A DNA stretch of 64,000 bases from Octopus sinensis (taxonomy: Eukaryota), in NCBI RefSeq assembly GCF_006345805.1, contig NC_043005.1:93310001-93374000 (forward strand), written 5' to 3'. Below are positions 9,947 through 24,900 of this stretch, piece by piece. Position numbers and translations under genes: made by a program. Below the pieces are notes generated by a model. That model was not told where the DNA came from. It saw only the letters and a list, made by a program, of their open reading frames with translations, and did not search any database. Position 1 is the first letter of the stretch, and the number at the start of each line of letters is the position of its first letter.

Positions 9947-12900
9947 TTCATGAATAAGCAGAAGGGCTGAAACGTAAGCGAAGAATATACATGAAGTTTC
10001 ATGAATAAGCAGAAGGGATAAATCGTAAGCCAAGAATATCCATGATGTTTCATGAAGAAGCAGAAGGGCTGAAACGTAAGCCAAGAATATACATGACGTT
10101 TCATGGAGAAGCAGAAGGGCTGAAACGTATGCCAAGAATATACATGATGTTTCATGAATAAGATTAAGGGCTGAAACGTAAGCCAAGAATATACATGATG
10201 TTTCAGGAAGAAGCAGAAGGGCTTGAATGTAAGCCAAGGATATCCATGCTGTTTCATGAATAAGCAGAAGGGCTTGAACGTAAGCCAAGAATATACATGA
10301 TGTTTCATGAATAAGCAAAAGGGCTGAAACGTAAGCCAAGAATATATATGATGTTTCATGAATAAGCAGAAGAGCTGAAACGTAAGCCAAGAATATACAT
10401 GATGTGTCATGAAGATGGAGAAGGGCTGAAACGTAAGCCAAGAACATACATGATGTTTCATGAATAAGCAGAAGGGCTGAAGCGTAAGCCAAGAATATAC
10501 GTGATGTTTCATGAAGAAGCAGAAGGGATGAAACGTAAGCCAAGAATATCCATGATGTTTCATGAAGAAGCAGAAGGGATGAAACGTAAGCCAAGAATAT
10601 ACATGAAGTTTCATGTAGAAGCAGAAGTGCTGAAACGTAAGTCATGAATATACATGATATTTCATCAATAAGCAGAAGGGCTGAAACGTAAGCCAAGAAA
10701 ATACATGATGTTTCATGAAGAAGCAGAAGGGCTGAAACGTAAGCCAAGAATATCCATGATGTTTCATAAATAAGCAGAAGGGATGAAACGTTAGCCAAAT
10801 AAATACATGATGTGTCATGAAGAAGCAGAAGGGCTGAAACGTAAGCCAAGAATATACATGATGTTTCATGAAGAAGCAGAAGGGCTGAAACGTAAGTTAT
10901 GAATATACATGATGTTTCATGAATAAGCAGAAGGGCTGAAACGTAAGCGAAGAATATACATGAAGTTTCATGAATAAGCAGAAGGGATAAAACGTAAGCC
11001 AAGAATATCCATGATTTCATGAAGAAGAAGAGAAGGGCTGAAACGTAAGCCAAGAATATACATGACGTTTCATGGAGAAGCAGAAGGGCTGAAACGTATG
11101 CCAAGAATATACATGATGTTTCATGAATAAGATGAAGGGCTGAAACGTAAGCCAAGAATATACATGATGTTTCAGGAAGAAGCAGAAGGGCTGAAACGTA
11201 AGCCAAGAATATACATGACGTTTCATGGAGAAGCAGAAGGGCTGAAACGTAAGCCAAGAATGTACATGATCTTCATGAAGAAGCAGAGAAGGGCTGAAAC
11301 GTAAGCAAGAATAAGAATATCCATGATGTTTCAGGAAGAAGCAGAGGGGCTGAGAACGTAAGCCAAGATTTTATATGATGTTTCATGAATAAGCAGAAGG
11401 GCTTGAATGTAAGCCAAGGATATCCATGCTGTTTCATGAATAAGCAGAAGGGCTTGAACGTAAGCCAAGAATATACATGATGTTTCATGAATAAGCAAAA
11501 GGGCTGAAACGTAAGCCAAGAATATATATGATGTTTCATGAATAAGCAGAAGAGCTGAAACGTAAGCCAAGAATATACATGATGTGTCATGAAGATGCAG
11601 AAGGGCTGAAACGTAAGCCAAGAACATACATGATGTTTCATGAATAAGCAGAAGGGCTTAAGCGTACGCCAAGAATATACGTGATGTTTCATGAAGAAGC
11701 AGAAGGGCTGAAACGTAAGCCAACAATATACATGATGAGTCATGAATAAGCAGAAGGGCTGAAACGTAAGCCAAGAACATACATGATGTTTCATGAATAA
11801 GCAGAAGGGCTGAAGCGTAAGCCAAGAATATACGTGATGTTTCATGAAGAAGCAGAAGGGATGAAACGTAAGCCAAGAATATCCATGATGTTTCATGAAG
11901 AAGCAGAAGGGATGAAACGTAAGCCAAGAATATACATGATGTTTCATGAAGAAGCAGGAGGGATGAAACGTAAGCCAAGAATATACATGATGTTTCCTGA
12001 AGAAGCAGAAGGGCTGAAACGTAAGCCAAGAATATACATGATGTTCCATGAATAAGCAGAAGGGCTGAAACGTAAGCCAAGAATATACATGATGTTTCAT
12101 GAAGAAGCAGGAGGGCTGAAACGTAAGCCAAGAATATACATGATGTTTCATGAAGAAGCAGAAGGGCTGAAACGTAAGTCATGAATATACATGATGTTTC
12201 ATGAATAAGCAGAAGGGCTGAAACGTAAGCGAAGAATATACATGAAGTTTCATGAATAAGCAGAAGGGATAAAACGTAAGCCAAGAATATCCATGATTTT
12301 TCATGAAGAAGCAGAAGGGCTGAAACGTAAGCCAAGAATATACATGACGTTTCATGGAGAAGCAGAAGGGCTGAAACGTATGCCAAGAATATACATGATG
12401 TTTCATGAATAAGATGAAGGGCTGAAACGTAAGCCAAGAATATACATGATGTTTCAGGAAGAAGCAGAAGGGCTGAAACGTAAGCCAAGAATATACATGA
12501 CGTTTCATGGAGAAGCAGAAGGGCTGAAACGTAAGCCAAGAATATACATGATCTTTCATGAAGAAGCAGAAGGGCTGAAACGTAAGCCAAGAATATCCAT
12601 GATGTTTCAGGAGGAAGCAGAGGGGCTGAAACGTAAGCCAAGATTTTATATGATGTTTCATGAATAAGCAGAAGGGCTTGAATGTAAGCCAAGGATATCC
12701 ATGCTGTTTCATGAATAAGCAGAAGGGCTTGAACGTAAGCCAAGAATATACATGATGTTTCATGAATAAGCAAAAGGGCTGAAACGTAAGCCAAGAATAT
12801 ATATGATGTTTCATGAATAAGCAGAAGAGCTGAAACGTAAGCCAAGAATATACATGATGTGTCATGAAGATGCAGAAGGGCTGAAACGTAAGCCAAGAAC

Positions 12901-15900
12901 ATACATGATGTTTCATGAATAACCAGAAGGGCTGAAGCGTAAGCCAAGAATATACGTGATGTTTCATGAAGAAGCAGAAGGGCTGAAACGTAAGCCAAGT
13001 ATATACATGATGAGTCATGAAAAAGCAGAAGGGCTGAAACGTAAGCCAAGAACATACATGATGTTTCATGAATAAGCAGAAGGGCTGAAGCGTAAGCCAA
13101 GAATATACGTGATGTTTCATGAAGAAGCAGAAGGGATGAAACGTAAGCCAAGAATATCCATGATGTTTCATGAAGAAGCAGAAGGGATGAAACGTAAGCC
13201 AAGAATATACATGATGTTTCATGAAGAAGCAGGAGGGATGAAACGTAAGCCAAGAATATACTTGATGTTTCATGAAGAAGCAGAAGGGCTGAAACGTAAG
13301 CCAAGAATATACATGATGTTCCATGAATAAGCAGAAGGGCTGAAACGTAAGCCAAGAATATACATGATGTTTCATGAAGAAGCAGGAGGGCTGAAACGTA
13401 AGCCAAGAATATACATGATGTTTCATGAAGAAGCAGAAGGGCTGAAACGTAAGTCATGAATATACATGATGTTTCATGAATAAGCAGAAGGGCTGAAACG
13501 TAAGCGAAGAATATACATGAAGTTTCATGAATAAGCAGAAGGGATAAAACGTAAGCCAAGAATATCCATGATGTTTCATGAAGAAGCAGAAGGGCTGAAA
13601 CGTAAGCAACGAATATACATGACGTTTCATGGAGAAGCAGAAGGGCTGAAACGTATGCCAAGAATATACATGATGTTTCATGAATAAGATGAAGGGCTGA
13701 AACGTAAGCCAAGAATATACATGATGTTTCAGGAAGAAGCAGAAGGGCTGAAACGTAAGCCAAGAATATACATGACGTTTCATGGAGAAGCAGAAGGGCT
13801 GAAACGTAAGCCAAGAATATACATGATCTTTTATGAAGAAGCAGAAGGGCTGAAACGTAAGCCAAGAATATCCATGATGTTTCAGGAAGAAGCAGAGGGG
13901 CTGAAACGTAAGCCAAGATTTTATATGATGTTTCATGAAAAAGCAGAAGGGCTTGAATGTAAGCCAAGGATATCCATGCTGTTTCATGAATAAGCAGAAG
14001 GGCTTGAACGTAAGCCAAGAATATACATGATGTTTCATGAATAAGCAAAAGGGCTGAAACGTAAGCCAAGAATATATATGATGTTTCATGAATAAGCAGA
14101 AGAGCTGAAACGTAAGCCAAGAATATACATGATGTGTCATGAAGATGCAGAAGGGCTGAAACGTAAGCCAAGAACATACATGATGTTTCATGTATAACCA
14201 GAAGGGCTGAAGCGTAAGCCAAGAATATACGTGATGTTTCATGAAGAAGCAGAAGGGCTGAAACGTAAGCCAAGAATATACATGATGAGTCATGAATAAG
14301 CAGAAGGGCTGAAACGTAAGCCAAGAATATACATGATGTTTCATGAATAAGCAGAAGGGCTGAAGCGTAAGCCAAGAATATACGTGATGTTTCATGAAGA
14401 AGCAGAAGGGATGAAACGTAAGCCAAGAATATCCATGATGTTTCATGAAGAAGCAGAAGGGATGAAACGTAAGCCAAGAATATACATGATGTTTCATGAA
14501 GAAGCAGGAGGGATGAAACGTAAGCCAAGAATATACATGATGTTCATGAAGAAGCAGAAGGGCTGAAACGTAAGCCAAGAATATCCATGATGTTTCATAA
14601 TAAGCAGAAGGATGAAACGTTAGCCAATTAAATACATGATGTGTCATGAAGAAGCAGAAGGGCTGAAACGTAAGCCAAGAATATACATGATGTTTCATGA
14701 AGAAGCAGAAGGGCTGAAACGTAAGTCATGAATATACATGATGTTTCATGAATAAGCAGAAGGGCTGAAACGTAAGCGAAGAATATACATGAAGTTTCAT
14801 GAATAAGCAGAAGGGATAAAACGTAAGCCAAGAATATCCATGATGTTTCATGAAGAAGCAGAAGGGCTGAAACGTAAGCCAAGAATATACATGACGTTTC
14901 ATGGAGAAGCAGAAGGGCTGAAACGTATGCCAAGAATATACATGATGTTTCATGAATAAGATGAAGGGCTGAAACGTAAGCCAAGAATATACATGATGTT
15001 TCAGGAAGAAGCAGAAGGGCTGAAACGTAAGCCTAGAATATCCATGATGTTTCAGGAAGAAGCAGAGGGGCTGAAACGTAAGCCAAGATTTTATATGATG
15101 TTTCATGAATAAGCAGAAGGGCTTGAATGTAAGCCAAGGATATCCATGCTGTTTCATGAATAAGCAGAAGGGCTTGAACGTAAGCCAAGAATATACATGA
15201 TGTTTCATGAATAAGCAAAAGGGCTGAAACGTAAGCCAAGAATATACATGATGTTTCATGAATAAGCAGAAGAGCTGAAACGTAAGCCAAGAATATACAT
15301 GATGTGTCATGAAGATGCAGAAGGGCTGAAACGTAAGCCAAGAACATACATGATGTTTCATGAATAACCAGAAGGGCTGAAGCGTAAGCCAAGAATATAC
15401 GTGATGTTTCATGAAGAAGCAGAAGGGCTGAAACGTAAGCCAAGAATATACATGATGAGTCATGAATAAGCAGAAGGGCTGAAACGTACGCCAAGAATAT
15501 ACATGATGTTTCATGAATAAGCAGAAGGGCTGAAACGTAAGCCAAGAATATCCATGATGTTTCATGAAGAAGCAGAAGGGATGAAATGTAAGCCAAGAAT
15601 ATACATGATGTTTCATGAAAGGAGGAGGATGAAACGTAAGCCAAGAATATACATGATGTTTCATGACGAAGCAGAAGGGCTGAAACGTAAGCCAAGAATA
15701 TACATGATGTTCCATGAATAAGCAGAAGGGCTGAAACGTAAGCCAAGAATATACATGATGTTTCATGAAGAAGCAGGAGGGCTGAAACGTAAGCCAAGAA
15801 TATACATGATGTTTCATGAAGAAGCAGAAGGGCTGAAACGTAAGTCATGAATATACATGATGTTTCATGAATAAGCAGAAGGGCTGAAACTTAAGCGAAG

Positions 15901-18900
15901 AATATACATGAAGTTTCATGAATAAGCAGAAGGGATAAAACGTAAGCCAAGAATATCCATGATGTTTCATGAAGAAGCAGAAGGGCTGAAACGTAAGCCA
16001 AGAACATACATGATGTTTCATGAATAAGCAGAAGGGCTGAAGCGTAAGCCAAGAATATACGTGATGTTTCATGAAGAAGCAGAAGGGATGAAACGTAAGC
16101 CGAGAATATCCATGATGTTTCATGAAGAAGCAGAAGGGATGAAACGTAAGCCAAGAATATACATGATGTTTTATGAAGAAGCAGGAGGGATGAAACGTAA
16201 GCCAAGAATATACATGATGTTTCATGAAGAAGCAGAAGGGCTGAAACGTAAGCCAAGAATATACATGATGTTCCATGAATAAGCAGAAGGGCTGAAACGT
16301 AGGCCAAGAATATACATGATGTTTCATGGAGAAGCAGGAGGGCTGAAACGTAAGCCAAGAATATACATGATGTTTCATGAAGAAGCAGAAGGGCTGAAAC
16401 GTAAGTCATGAATATACATGATGTTTCATGAATAAGCAGAAGGGCTGAAACGTAAGCGAAGAATATACATGATGTTTCATGAATAAGCAGAAGGGATAAA
16501 ACGTAAGCCAAGAATATCCATGATGTTTCATGAAGAAGCAGAAGGGCTGAAACGTAAGCCAAGAATATACATGACGTTTCATGGAGAAGCAGAAGGGCTG
16601 AAACGTAAGCCAAGAATATACATGACGTTTCATGGAAAGCAGATGGGCTGAAACGTAACCCAAGAATATACATGATCTTTCATGAAGAAGCAGAAGGGCG
16701 GAAACGTAAGCCAAGATTATACATGATGAGTCATGAATAAGCAGAAGGGCTGAAACGTAAGCCAAGAACATACATGATGTTTCATGAATAAGCAGAAGGG
16801 CTGAAACGTAAGCCAAGAATATACGTGATGTTTCATGAAGAAGCAGAAGGGATGAATCGTAAGCCAAGAATATCCATGATGTTTCATGAAGAAGCAGAAG
16901 GGATGAAACGTAAGCCAAGAATATACATGATGTTTCATGAAGAAGCAGGAGGGATGAAACGTAAGCCACGAATATACATGACGTTTCATGGAGAAGCAGA
17001 AGGGCTGAAACGTATGCCAAGAATATACATGATGTTTCATGAATAAGATGAAGGGCTGAAACGTAAGCCAAGAATATACATGATGTTTCAGGAAGAAGCA
17101 GAAGGGCTGAAACGTAAGCCAAGAATATACATGACGTTTCATGAGAAGCAGAAGGGCTGAAACGTAAGCCAAGAATATACATGATCTTTATGAAGAAGCA
17201 GAAGGGCTGAAACGTAAGCCAAGAATATCCATGATGTTTCATCAGGAAGAAGCAGAGGGCTGAAACGTAAGCCAAGATTTTATATGATGTTTCATGAATA
17301 AGCAGAAGGGCTTGAATGTAAGCCAAGGATATCCATGCTGTTTCATGAATAAGCAGAAGGGCTTGAACGTAAGCCAAGAATATACATGATGTTTCATGAA
17401 TAAGCAAAGGGCTGAAACGTAAGCCAAGAATATATATGATGTTTCATGAATAAGCAGAAGAGCTGAAACGTAAGCCAAGAATATACATGATGTGTCATGA
17501 AGATGCAGAAGGGCTGAAACGTAAGCCAAGAACATACATGATGTTTCATGTATAACAGAAGGGCTGAAGCGTAAGCCAAGAATATACGTGATGTTTCATG
17601 AAGAAGCAGAAGGGCTGAAACGTAAGCCAAGAATATACATGATGAGTCATGAATAAGCAGAAGGGCTGAAACGTAAGCCAAGAATATACATGATGTTTCA
17701 TGAATAAGCAGAAGGGCTGAAGCGTAAGCCAAGAATATACGTGATGTTTCATGAAGAAGCAGAAGGGATGAAACGTAAGCCAAGAATATCCATGATGTTT
17801 CATGAAGAAGCAGAAGGGATGAAACGTAAGCCAAGAATATACATGATGTTTCATGAAGAAGCAGGAGGGATGAAACGTATGCCAAGAATATACATGATGT
17901 TTCATGAAGAAGCAGAAGGGCTGAAACGTAAGCCAAGAATATCCATGATGTTTCATAAATAAGCAGAAGGGATGAAACGTTAGCCAATTAAATACATGAT
18001 GTGTCATGAAGAAGCAGAAGGGCTGAAACGTAAGCCAAGAATATACATGATGTTTCATGAAGAAGCAGAAGGGCTGAAACGTAAGTCATGAATATACATG
18101 ATGTTTCATGAATAAGCAGAAGGGCTGAAACGTAAGCGAAGAATATACATGAAGTTTCATGAATAAGCAGAAGGGATAAAACGTAAGCCAAGAATATCCA
18201 TGATGTTTCATGAAGAAGCAGAAGGGCTGAAACGTAAGCCAAGAATATACGTGACGTTTCATGGAGAAGCAGAAGGGCTGAAACGTATGCCAAGAATATA
18301 CATGATGTTTCATGAATAAGATGAAGGGCTGAAACGTAAGCCAAGAATATACATGATGTTTCAGGAAGAAGCAGAAGGGCTGAAACGTAAGCCAAGAATA
18401 TACATGACGTTTCATGGAGAAGCAGAAGGGCTGAAACGTAAGCCAAGAATATACATGATCTTTCATGAAGAAGCAGAAGGGCTGAAACGTAAGCCAAGAA
18501 TATCCATGATGTTTCAGGAAGAAGCAGAGGGGCTGAAACGTAAGCCAAGATTTTATATGATGTTTCATGAATAAGCAGAAGGGCTTGAATGTAAGCCAAG
18601 GATATCCATGCTGTTTCATGAATAAGCAGAAGGGCTTGAACGTAAGCCAAGAATATACATGATGTTTCATGAATAAGCAAAAGGGCTGAAACGTAAGCCA
18701 AGAATATACATGATGTTTCATGAATAAGCAGAAGAGCTGAAACGTAAGCCAAGAATATACATGATGTGTCACGAAGATGCAGAAGGGCTGAAACGTAAGC
18801 CAAGAACATACATGATGTTTCATGAATAACCAGAAGGGCTGAAGCGTAAGCCAAGAATATACGTGATGTTTCATGAAGAAGCAGAAGGGCTGAAACGTAA

Positions 18901-21900
18901 GCCAAGAATATACATGATGAGTCATGAATAAGCAGAAGGGCTGAAACGTACGCCAAGAATATACATGATGTTTCATGAATAAGCAGAAGGGCTGAAACGT
19001 AAGCCAAGAATATCCATGATGTTTCATGAAGAAGCAGAAGGGATGAAACGTAAGCCAAGAATATACATGATGTTTCATGAAGAAGGAGGAGGGATGAAAC
19101 GTAAGCCAAGAATATACATGATGTTTCATGAAGAAGCAGAAGGGCTGAAACGTAAGCCAAGAATATACATGATGTTCCATGAATAAGATGAAGGGCTGAA
19201 ACGTAAGCCAAGAATATACATGATGTTTCATGAAGAAGCAGGAGGGCTGAAACGTAAGCCAAGAATATACATGATGTTTCATGAAGAAGCAGAAGGGCTG
19301 AAACGTAAGTCATGAATATACATGATGTTTCATGAATAAGCAGAAGGGCTGAAACGTAAGCGAAGAATATACATGAAGTTTCATGAATAAGCAGAAGGGA
19401 TAAAACGTAAGCCAAGAATATCCATGATGTTTCATGAAGAAGCAGAAGGGCTGAAACGTAAGCCAAGAACATACATGATGTTTCATGAATAAGCAGAAGG
19501 GCTGAAGCGTAGGCCAAGAATATACATGATGTTTCATGAAGAAGCAGAAGGGATGAAACGTAAGCCGAGAATATCCATGATGTTTCATGAAGAAGCAGAA
19601 GGGATGAAACGTAAGCCAAGAATATACATGATGTTTCATGAAGAAGCAGGAGGGATGAAACGTAAGCCAAGAATATACATGATGTTTCATGAAGAAGCAG
19701 AAGGGCTGAAACGTAAGCCAAGAAATACATGATGTTCATGAATAAGCAGAAGGGCTGAAACGTAGGCCAAGAATATACATGATGTTTCATGAGAAGCAGG
19801 GCTGGCTGAAACGTAAGCCAAGAATATACATGATGTTTCATGAAGAAGCAGAAGGGCTGAAACGTAAGTCATGAATATACATGATGTTTCATGAATAAGC
19901 AGAAGGGCTGAAACGTAAGCGAAGAATATACATGAAGTTTCATGAATAAGCAGAAGGGATAAATCGTAAGCCAAGAATATCCATGATGTTTCATGAAGAA
20001 GCAGAAGGGCTGAAACGTAAGCCAAGAATATACATGACGTTTCATGGAGAAGCAGAAGGGCTGAAACGTATGCCAAGAATATACATGATGTTTCATGAAT
20101 AAGATGAAGGGCTGAAACGTAAGCCAAGAATATACATGATGTTTCAGGAAGAAGCAGAAGGGCTGAAACGTAAGCCAAGAATATACATGACGTTTCATGG
20201 AGAAGCAGAAGGGCTGAAACGTAAGCCAAGAATATACATGATCTTTCATGAAGAAGCAGAAGGGCTGAACCGTAAGCCAAGAATATCCATGATGTTTCAG
20301 GAAGAAGCAGAGGGGCTGAAACGTAAGCCAAGAGTTTATATGATGTTTCATGAATAAGCAGAAGGGCTTGAATGTAAGCCAAGGATATCCATGCTGTTTC
20401 ATGAATAAGCAGAAGGGCTTGAACGTAAGCCAAGAATATACATGATGTTTCATGAAAAAGCAAAAGGGCTGAAACGTAAGCCAAGAATATATATGATGTT
20501 TCATGAATAAGCAGAAGAGCTGAAACGTAAGCCAAGAATATACATGATGTGTCATGAAGATGCAGAAGGGCTGAAACGTAAGCCAAGAACATACATGATG
20601 TTTCATGAATAACCAGAAGGGCTGAAGCGTAAGCCAAGAATATACGTGATGTTTCATGAAGAAGCAGAAGGGCTGAAACGTAAGCCAAGTATATACATGA
20701 TGAGTCATGAAAAAGCAGAAGGGCTGAAACGTAGGCCAAGATCATACATGATGTTTCATTATTAAGCAGAAGGGCTGAAGCGTAAGCCAAGAATATACGT
20801 GATGTTTCATGAAGAAGCAGAAGGGATGAAACGTAAGCCAAGAATATCCATGATGTTTCATGAAGAAGCAGAAGGGATGAAACGTAAGCCAAGAATATAC
20901 ATGATGTTTCATGAAGAAGCAGGAGGGATGAAACGTAAGCCAAGAATATACATGATGTTTCATGAAGAAGCAGAAGGGCTGAAACGTAAGCCAAGAATAT
21001 ACATGATGTTCCATGAATTAGCAGAAGGGCTGAAACGTAAGCCAAGAATATACATGATGTTTCATGAAGAAGCAGGAGGGCTGAAACGCAAGCCAAGAAT
21101 ATACATGATGTTTCATGAAGAAGCAGAAGGGCTGAAACGTAAGTCATGAATATACATGATGTTTCATGAATAAGCAGAAGGGCTGAAACGTAAGCGAAGA
21201 ATATACATGAAGTTTCATGAAAAAGCAGAAGGGATAAAACGTAAGCGAAGAATATCCATGATGTTTCATGAAGAAGCAGAAGTGCTGAAACGTAAGCCAC
21301 GAATATACATGACGTTTCATGGAGAAGCAGAAGGGCTGAAACGTATGCCAAGAATATACATGATGTTTCATGAATAAGATGAAGGGCTGAAACGTAAGCC
21401 AAGAATATACATGATGTTTCAGGAAGAAGCAGAAGGGCTGAAACGTAAGCCAAGAATATACATGACGTTTCATGGAGAAGCAGAAGGGCTGAAACGTAAG
21501 CCAAGAATATACATGATCTTTCATGAATAAGCAGAAGGGCTGAAACGTAAGCCAAGAATATCCATGATGTTTCAGGAAGAAGCAGAGGGGCTGAAACGTA
21601 AGCCAAGATTTTATATGATGTTTCATGAATAAGCAGAAGGGCTTGAATGTAAGCCAAGGATATCCATGCTGTTTCATGAATAAGCAGAAGGGCTTGAACG
21701 TAAGCCAAGAATATACATGATGTTTCATGAATAAGCAAAAGGGCTGAAACGTAAGCCAAGAATATACATGATGTTTCATGAATAAGCAGAAGAGCTGAAA
21801 CGTAAGCCAAGAATATACATGATGTGTCATGAAGATGCAGAAGGGCTGAAACGTAAGCCAAGAACATACATGATGTTTCATGAATAACCAGAAGGGCTGA

Positions 21901-24900
21901 AGCGTAAGCCAAGAATATACGTGATGTTTCATGAAGAAGCAGAAGGGCTGAAACGTAAGCCAAGAATATACATGATGAGTCATGAATAAGCAGAAGGGCT
22001 GAAACGTACGCCAAGAATATACATGATGTTTCATGAATAAGCAGAAGGGCTGAAACGTAAGCCAAGAATATCCATGATGTTTCATGAAGAAGCAGAAGGG
22101 ATGAAATGTAAGCCAAGAATATACATGATGTTTCATGAAGAAGGAGGAGGGATGAAACGTAAGCCAAGAATATACATGATGTTTCATGAAGAAGCAGAAG
22201 GGCTGAAACGTAAGCCAAGAATATACATGATGTTCCATGAATAAGCAGAAGGGCTGAAACGTAAGCCAAGAATATACATGATGTTTCATGAAGAAGCAGG
22301 AGGGCTGAAACGTAAGCCAAGAATATACATGACGTTTCATGAAGAAGCAGAAGGGCTGAAACGTAAGTCATGAATATACATGATGTTTCATGAATAAGCA
22401 GAAGGGCTGAAACGTAAGCGAAGAATATACATGAAGTTTCATGAATAAGCAGAAGGGATAAAACGTAAGCCAAGAATATCCATGATGTTTCATGAAGAAT
22501 GAGAAGGGCTGAAACGTAAGCCAAGAACATACATGATGTTTCATGAATAAGCAGAAGGGCTGAAGCGTAAGCCAAGAATATACGTGATGTTTCATGAAGA
22601 AGCAGAAGGGATGAAACGTAAGCCGAGAATATCCATGATGTTTCATGAAGAAGCAGAAAGGGATGAAACGTAAGCCAAGAATATACATGATGTTTTATGA
22701 AGAAGCAGAGGGATGAAACGTAAGCCAAGTATATACATGATGTTTCATGAAGAAGCAGAAGGGCTGAAACGTAAGCCAAGAATATACATGATGTTCCATG
22801 AATAAGCAGAAGGGCTGAAACGTAGGCCAAGAATATACATGATGTTTCATGGAGAAGCAGGAGGGCTGAAACGTAAGCCAAGAATATACATGATGTTTCA
22901 TGAAGAAGCAGAAGGGCTGAAACGTAAGTCATGAATATACATGATGTTTCATGAATAAGCAGAAGGGCTGAAACGTAAGCGAAGAATATACATGAAGTTT
23001 CATGAATAAGCAGAAGGGATAAAACGTAAGCCAAGAATATCCATGATGTTTCATGAAGAAGCAGAAGGGCTGAAACGTAAGCCAAGAATATACATGACGT
23101 TTCATGGAGAAGCAGAAGGGCTGAAACGTAAGCCAAGAATATACATGACGTTTCATGGAGAAGCAGATGGGCTGAAACGTAAGCCAAGAATATACATGAT
23201 CTTTCATGAAGAAGCAGAAGGGCGGAAACGTAAGCCAAGATTATACATGATGAGTCATGAATAAGCAGAAGGGCTGAAACGTAAGCCAAGAACATACATG
23301 ATGTTTCATGAATAAGCAGAAGGGCTGAAACGTAAGCCAAGAATATACGTGATGTTTCATGAAGAAGCAGAAGGGATGAATCGTAAGCCAAGAATATCCA
23401 TGATGTTTCATGAAGAAGCAGAAGGGATGAAACGTAAGCCAAGAATATACATGATGTTTCATGAAGAAGCAGGAGGGATGAAACGTAAGCCAAGAATATA
23501 CATGATGTTTCATGAAGAAGCAGAAGGGCTGAAACGTAAGCCAAGAATATACATGATGTTCCATGAATAAGCAGAAGGGCTGAAACGTAAGCCAAGAATA
23601 TACATGATGTTTCATGAAGAAGCAGGAGGGCTGAAACGTAAGCCAAGAATATACATGATGTTTCATGAAGAAGCAGAAGGGCTGAAACGTAAGCCAAGAT
23701 TTTATATGATGTTTCATGTATAAGCAGAAGGGCTTGAATGTAAGCCAAGTATATCCATGCTGTTTTCATGAATAAGCAGAAGGGCTTGAACGTAAGCCAA
23801 GAATACATGATGTTTCATGAATAAGCAAAAGGGCTGAAACGTAAGCCAAGAATATATGATGTTTCATGAATAAGCAGAAGAGCTGAAACGTAAGCCAAGA
23901 TATACATGATGTGTCATGAAGATGCAGAAGGGCTGAAACGTAAGCCAAGAACATACATGATGTTTCATGAATAACCAGAAGGGCTGAAGCGTAAGCCAAG
24001 AATATACGTGATGTTTCATGAAGAAGCAGAAGGGCTGAAAAGTAAGCCAAGTATATACATGATGAGTCATGAATAAGCAGAAGGGCTGAAACGTAAGCCA
24101 AGAACATACATGATGTTTCATGAATAAGCAGAAGGGCTGAAGCGTAAGCCAAGAATATACGTGATGTTTCATGAAGAAGCTGAAGGGATGAAACGTAAGC
24201 CAAGAATATCCATGATGTTTCATGAAGAAGCAGAAGGGATGAAACGTAAGCCAAGAATATACATGATGTTTCATGAAGAAGCAGGAGGGATGAAACGTAA
24301 GCCAAGAACATACATGATGTTTCATGAATAAGCAGAAGGGCTGAAGCGTAAGCCAAGAATATACGTGATGTTTCATGAAGAAGCAGGGATGAAACGTAAG
24401 CCGAGAATATCCCTGATGTTTCATGAAGAAGCAGAAGGGATGAAACGTAAGCCAAGAATATACATGATGTTTTATGAAGAAGCAGGAGGGATGAAACGTA
24501 AGCCAAGTATATACATGATGTTTCATGAAGAAGCAGAAGGGCTGAAACGTAAGCCAAGAATATACATGATGTTTCCATGAATAAGCAGAAGGGCTGAAAC
24601 GTAGGCCAAGAATATACATGATGTTTCATGGAGAAGCAGGAGGGCTGAAACGTAAGCCAAGAATATACATGATGTTTCATGAAGAAGCAGAAGGGCTGAA
24701 ACGTAAGTCAAATATACATGATGTTTCATGAATAAGCGAAGGGCTGAAACATAAGCGGAATATACATGAAGTTTCATGAATAAGCAGAAGGGATAAAACG
24801 TAAGCCAAGAATATCCAATGATGTTTCATGAAGAATCAGAAGGGCTGAAACGTAAGCCAAGAACATACATGATGTTTCATGAATAAGCAGAAGGGCTGAA

